Shown here: positions 61,801 to 64,000 of the stretch, piece after piece
Layout: each line of letters begins with the position of its first letter
Position numbering within the stretch: position 1 is the first letter of the stretch
Origin: Klebsormidium nitens
Taxonomy: Eukaryota > Plantae > Klebsormidiophyceae
DNA: 64,000 nucleotides
Direction of reading: 5' to 3'
Assembly (NCBI GenBank): GCA_000708835.1
Contig: DF237349.1
Span: 1 to 64,000, forward strand
Program-made: the position numbers and the translations under genes
The notes under the pieces: generated by a model
Seen by the model: only the letters and a program-made list of their open reading frames with translations
Told to the model about the DNA's origin: nothing
Databases searched by the model: none

Positions 61801-62791
61801 ATCTTTAAGCTTCAGTGCCCCGAAAACCCAAAACTTCTAGAACGTTCCGTTCTGAACGGCAAAGTTCATTTCTATGGCACATGACAATACCACACAGATG
61901 ATAAACATAACGTTCGCGGGACCCATCATTGAAGTGCGAAGCGATTTTCAGGAGAACGCGGGGAGAACGCTCCCTTACTTGGTTCGTCGGCACGATTGTA
62001 AATGCGTGGCTCGTCGTCTTCCCCGGCGATCCAAGCCCCGGATACTTCGCCCCTTGCGCCGGCGTGCATGCTTGCACCGGCAACGAGTCCAGCTGACACA
62101 TGAACGTGCAACGTGCGCAGCTGACGTCATAATCGTCCGTCGCCGTGAACGTGAAACTCGCGGCGTCGGACGTCGTCCTCGCCGCGGGCGATCCGGTGAT
62201 GGTAACGGTGGGGCCCGTCAGCTGGACGAGCCACGACGCGGTGGTAACGGTCTTCAAGTTGCCGTCGGGGTCCGTCACGGTGATCGACAGGTTGTGCGCG
62301 CCTTGCGCGAGCGCGGGGAAGATGGCCGCGCCCGGCGACTGCGCGCACGGCTGCGCGGCGCCGCCGTCGAGCGCGCACGCGAACGCGCACGCCGCGCAGC
62401 GCGCGACGATGCCCCCGATCGCGCCTTGGAAGCGGAAGCTCGCGATTGGAGAATTCGACAGCGTCGCCGGCTGTTGGAGAATCGTGACCGTTGGGGCGCT
62501 CAGATCGACGGTCCAGAAGAGGGATACGATCGGGCCGACGTTCCAGGCCGCGTCTGTGGCTCGGGCGTGAAACGAGTGTAACCCGGGGGTTAACCCGGTA
62601 ACCGTGTAGTTCGTTTTCGTTGCCGTGCAGTCAGCGAAAGGCGCGGAATCCAACGCGCAGGCTAAAGTAGTCGGGAGGGGGTCGCTGCTGTTGAAGGAGA
62701 TCACCGCGGTTTGGAGGCTGGTTATGGAGTGGTTAGCGGGGCCGCCGGAGAAGGTGACACTGGGGGCGTCCGTGTGGAGGAGCCACGTGAC
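46801..62791 (-). CDS. Large membrane protein: Cys-containing Ig-like/Big repeats, multi-TM domain (At3g48200-like), long disordered SP/R-rich C-tail; >=1765 aa, 5' end not found
   Basis: 14 exons, phases all consistent: 61979-62791, 60152-61033, 59615-59779, 58429-58723, 57731-57867, 56960-57058, 55840-56019, 55274-55335, 53979-54181, 53490-53593, 52431-52716, 51301-51497, 49422-49681, 46801-48415. Repeats of type F.C.LD....C...Y..L..G.H.F...ATD..GN...WTVD. TM-region motifs FQWANM, LMFPRCEI, GKW...FVARYGVFFQNFRG, FQLSYLMFFKPY. Confidence 0.88.
48770..50150 (-). repeat. Partial copies flanking exon 49422-49681 (3'+donor x5 downstream with CCGTT micro-repeats; acceptor+5' x2 upstream)
   Basis: Copy at 49273-49327 is identical to the live exon end over ~55 bp; copies at ~49130, ~49020, ~48885, ~48770 are progressively more diverged. 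CGCAG|GTGGT(T/C)ATC copies start at ~49822 and 50147. Confidence 0.9.
50765..51830 (-). repeat. Partial copies flanking exon 51301-51497 (3'+donor x3 at ~165-bp period; acceptor+5' x2 at ~140-bp period)
   Basis: Downstream copies at 50765-50848, ~50930-51018, ~51100-51185. Upstream copies at ~51590-51648 and ~51730-51788, each including the adjacent intron sequence. Confidence 0.9.
54285..55052 (-). repeat. Four copies of acceptor + 5' part of exon 53979-54181
   Basis: Copies at ~54285-54362, ~54455-54522, ~54600-54702, ~54975-55052 of (G/C)TGGTC(A/T/C)AC(T/G)TTCGACCGCGTTATCGGCTGGTC... Confidence 0.9.
54801..54918 (+). mobile_element. ~115-bp MITE-like element, family B, copy 1
   Basis: Alignable over its whole length with the reverse complement of 56133-56250; ends TAATAAGGT...AGCTTACTA. 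Confidence 0.6.
56133..56250 (-). mobile_element. ~115-bp MITE-like element, family B, copy 2 (TA-flanked, short TIR; Tc1/mariner-Stowaway-like by inference)
   Basis: Perfect terminal inverted repeat TATAATAAGCT...AGCTTATTATA. Internal CTGGGACGGGTGGGGTTA...GGGTTAGG shared with copies at 54801 and ~58158. Confidence 0.7.
56565..56808. mobile_element. Inverted-repeat element, family A, copy 2 (~90-bp arms, ~60-bp loop) in an intron
   Basis: 56565-56657 vs reverse complement of 56717-56808 is ~80% identical, mostly transitions. Arm core homologous to the element at 19076-19525. Confidence 0.65.
58158..58262 (-). mobile_element. Degenerate family B MITE-like copy 3
   Basis: Reverse complement GGTAACTGGGACGGGTGGGGTTAGAGAAGGGTTAGGGTGGG...AGCCTACTG matches copies 1 and 2. 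Confidence 0.5.
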
Positions 62792-64000
62792 CTGCGAAAC
62801 GGAAGCGGAAACGTAAGCAAGATCTCGTGAGAAGGAATTTCACACCGACATTGTGATTGAGAAGAGATTTTCTCGATCGGTCGAGAACGCTTCGAACGAG
62901 ACTGGTCGATTCGAGACGGATAAATGCTCCGTGACGGCTAAGGGGATTCTGAAACAGGAAAGGCGACAAAGCGTAAAAAAGATTTCGTTCGTCACTGTGG
63001 ACGGGACTTGACGGCTGCTGATGTGACTGAGGAAAATTTAAGGTTTTGATCGCGAGCAGGGGACCCAAAGTCTTCACGAAGGGAAGATTCGCCCGTTCAG
63101 AAACAGTAGGCAGGCGGTGTCTTGGCTTTGCTAATAAAAGGGACGCACGACATGCTTTCTAACTCCCCTTTGTTCGGCCACGAATCACAGTAAGGGGGAC
63201 GGTTGTTGCGAATGGGAAAGCCTGCTGCCGACGTTGACGATATAATTGCAGATAGACCAAAAGCAATAACAAGGATTGCAAAGCGGCGGGTGACTCCTTC
63301 CTCTCGGACAATGGCTCTTCGAAAGACCTACTCATCAAAGTGGGTTTTCCGTCCCACACGTCAGACTCTGGGGGTGCCATGCTTACTGAGAAATGTCGGG
63401 TCAAGGAAACGCGGAACTCATTTTATGCTAGCCGTAAGACCCATTTTAAGGGTTGTGTCCTTTCACATCTTACTTGAAAGGACCTGTGGATTACAAAGTC
63501 TGGTGCTTTCAGTCTGAGTCTCAGATCCATGAAACCAAAAACTTCGAGCCCCTCGGACTGCTCTAGAAAAATAATCCCATTCTGCAAGCGTCGCATTTGT
63601 GCACAATTAATTCCAATTCGCTCATGGCCCCACAAGTTTTATGCCCAACAGCTCCTACTAAACTGCATGAGCTATCGATGTCGAACTTCGGTGTAAGCTG
63701 ATATCTCGGCTTCCACACTGAGTTCTGACTACGCAGAACGGTTGAGCGGTCCCCGCAGAATCGAGCCCTACGAACTTCGCATAGACTTTCCATGCAGGTT
63801 GCCTACGCTGTTCGCTTACTTCGGCTGCCGTCCCATGACGCCCGCTTTCCCCCACATTGTCATTCTCAGTCCCGTCATTTTCTGCCACAGTACTTAAAGT
63901 ACCTGGAAATCTCTAGATGAACGAAACAACACGAGGCCTCATGTCGCGCACGAGCGATTGTCACACGTCCGCCACTGCGCCACAGACGCACAATTTATTC

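Noticed and set aside
59994-62581. Long plus-strand ORFs (59994-60866, 61874-62581); likewise 25454-25945, 32361-32861, 46823-47852
   Set aside because: Antisense shadows of GC-rich coding exons on the minus strand.
59615-62791. Bacterial contamination or recent HGT suggested by bacterial-type Ig domains
   Set aside because: Domains are split by canonical spliceosomal introns and continue in phase into a plant-type TM region.
62792-64000. Upstream exons or start of the Ig-TM gene
   Set aside because: Several possible donors exist, but no segment gives a convincing Ig-like or signal-peptide frame; left unannotated.

Overview
Eukaryotic, intron-rich (GT-AG) nuclear DNA of a green plant-lineage organism. 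Gene content, intron style and divergence from land-plant homologues suggest a streptophyte alga, possibly Klebsormidium-like (inference; not verifiable here). I reconstructed eight spliced protein-coding genes by hand, checking splice phase at each junction: (1) a divergent PRC2 subunit FIE/EED (-, 6446-18967, 13 exons, 412 aa, one 4.4-kb intron); (2) plastid uroporphyrinogen-III methyltransferase UPM1 (+); (3) an unusual protein with a complete nsLTP/prolamin-like 8-cysteine motif fused to a TLC-like multi-pass membrane domain (-); (4) an MRS2/CorA-family Mg2+ transporter (-); (5) LSM3 (+); (6) a small protein with a plastid transit peptide and twin-Arg (Tat) signal (-); (7) a plastid ferredoxin-metallo-beta-lactamase fusion (+); (8) a 5'-incomplete, >1760-aa protein with Ig-like repeats, a multi-TM domain and a long SP-rich tail (-, At3g48200-like). 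No rRNA, tRNA or CRISPR array is supportable. The most striking unexplained structure is recurrent intronic arrays of partial exon copies ('exon echoes') around at least nine exons of three unrelated genes. Copies of an exon's acceptor plus 5' part lie upstream and copies of its 3' part plus donor lie downstream, roughly older with distance. In the best-preserved copies substitutions fall mostly at third codon positions (42 of 50 by hand count), and some keep residues closer to the family consensus than the live exon. Also present: two small dispersed inverted-repeat (MITE-like) families, an intronic 42-bp palindrome, tandemly multiplied branch-point/pyrimidine tracts, and an old ~2.87-kb-period degenerate duplication of unknown nature at 0.2-4.2 kb.
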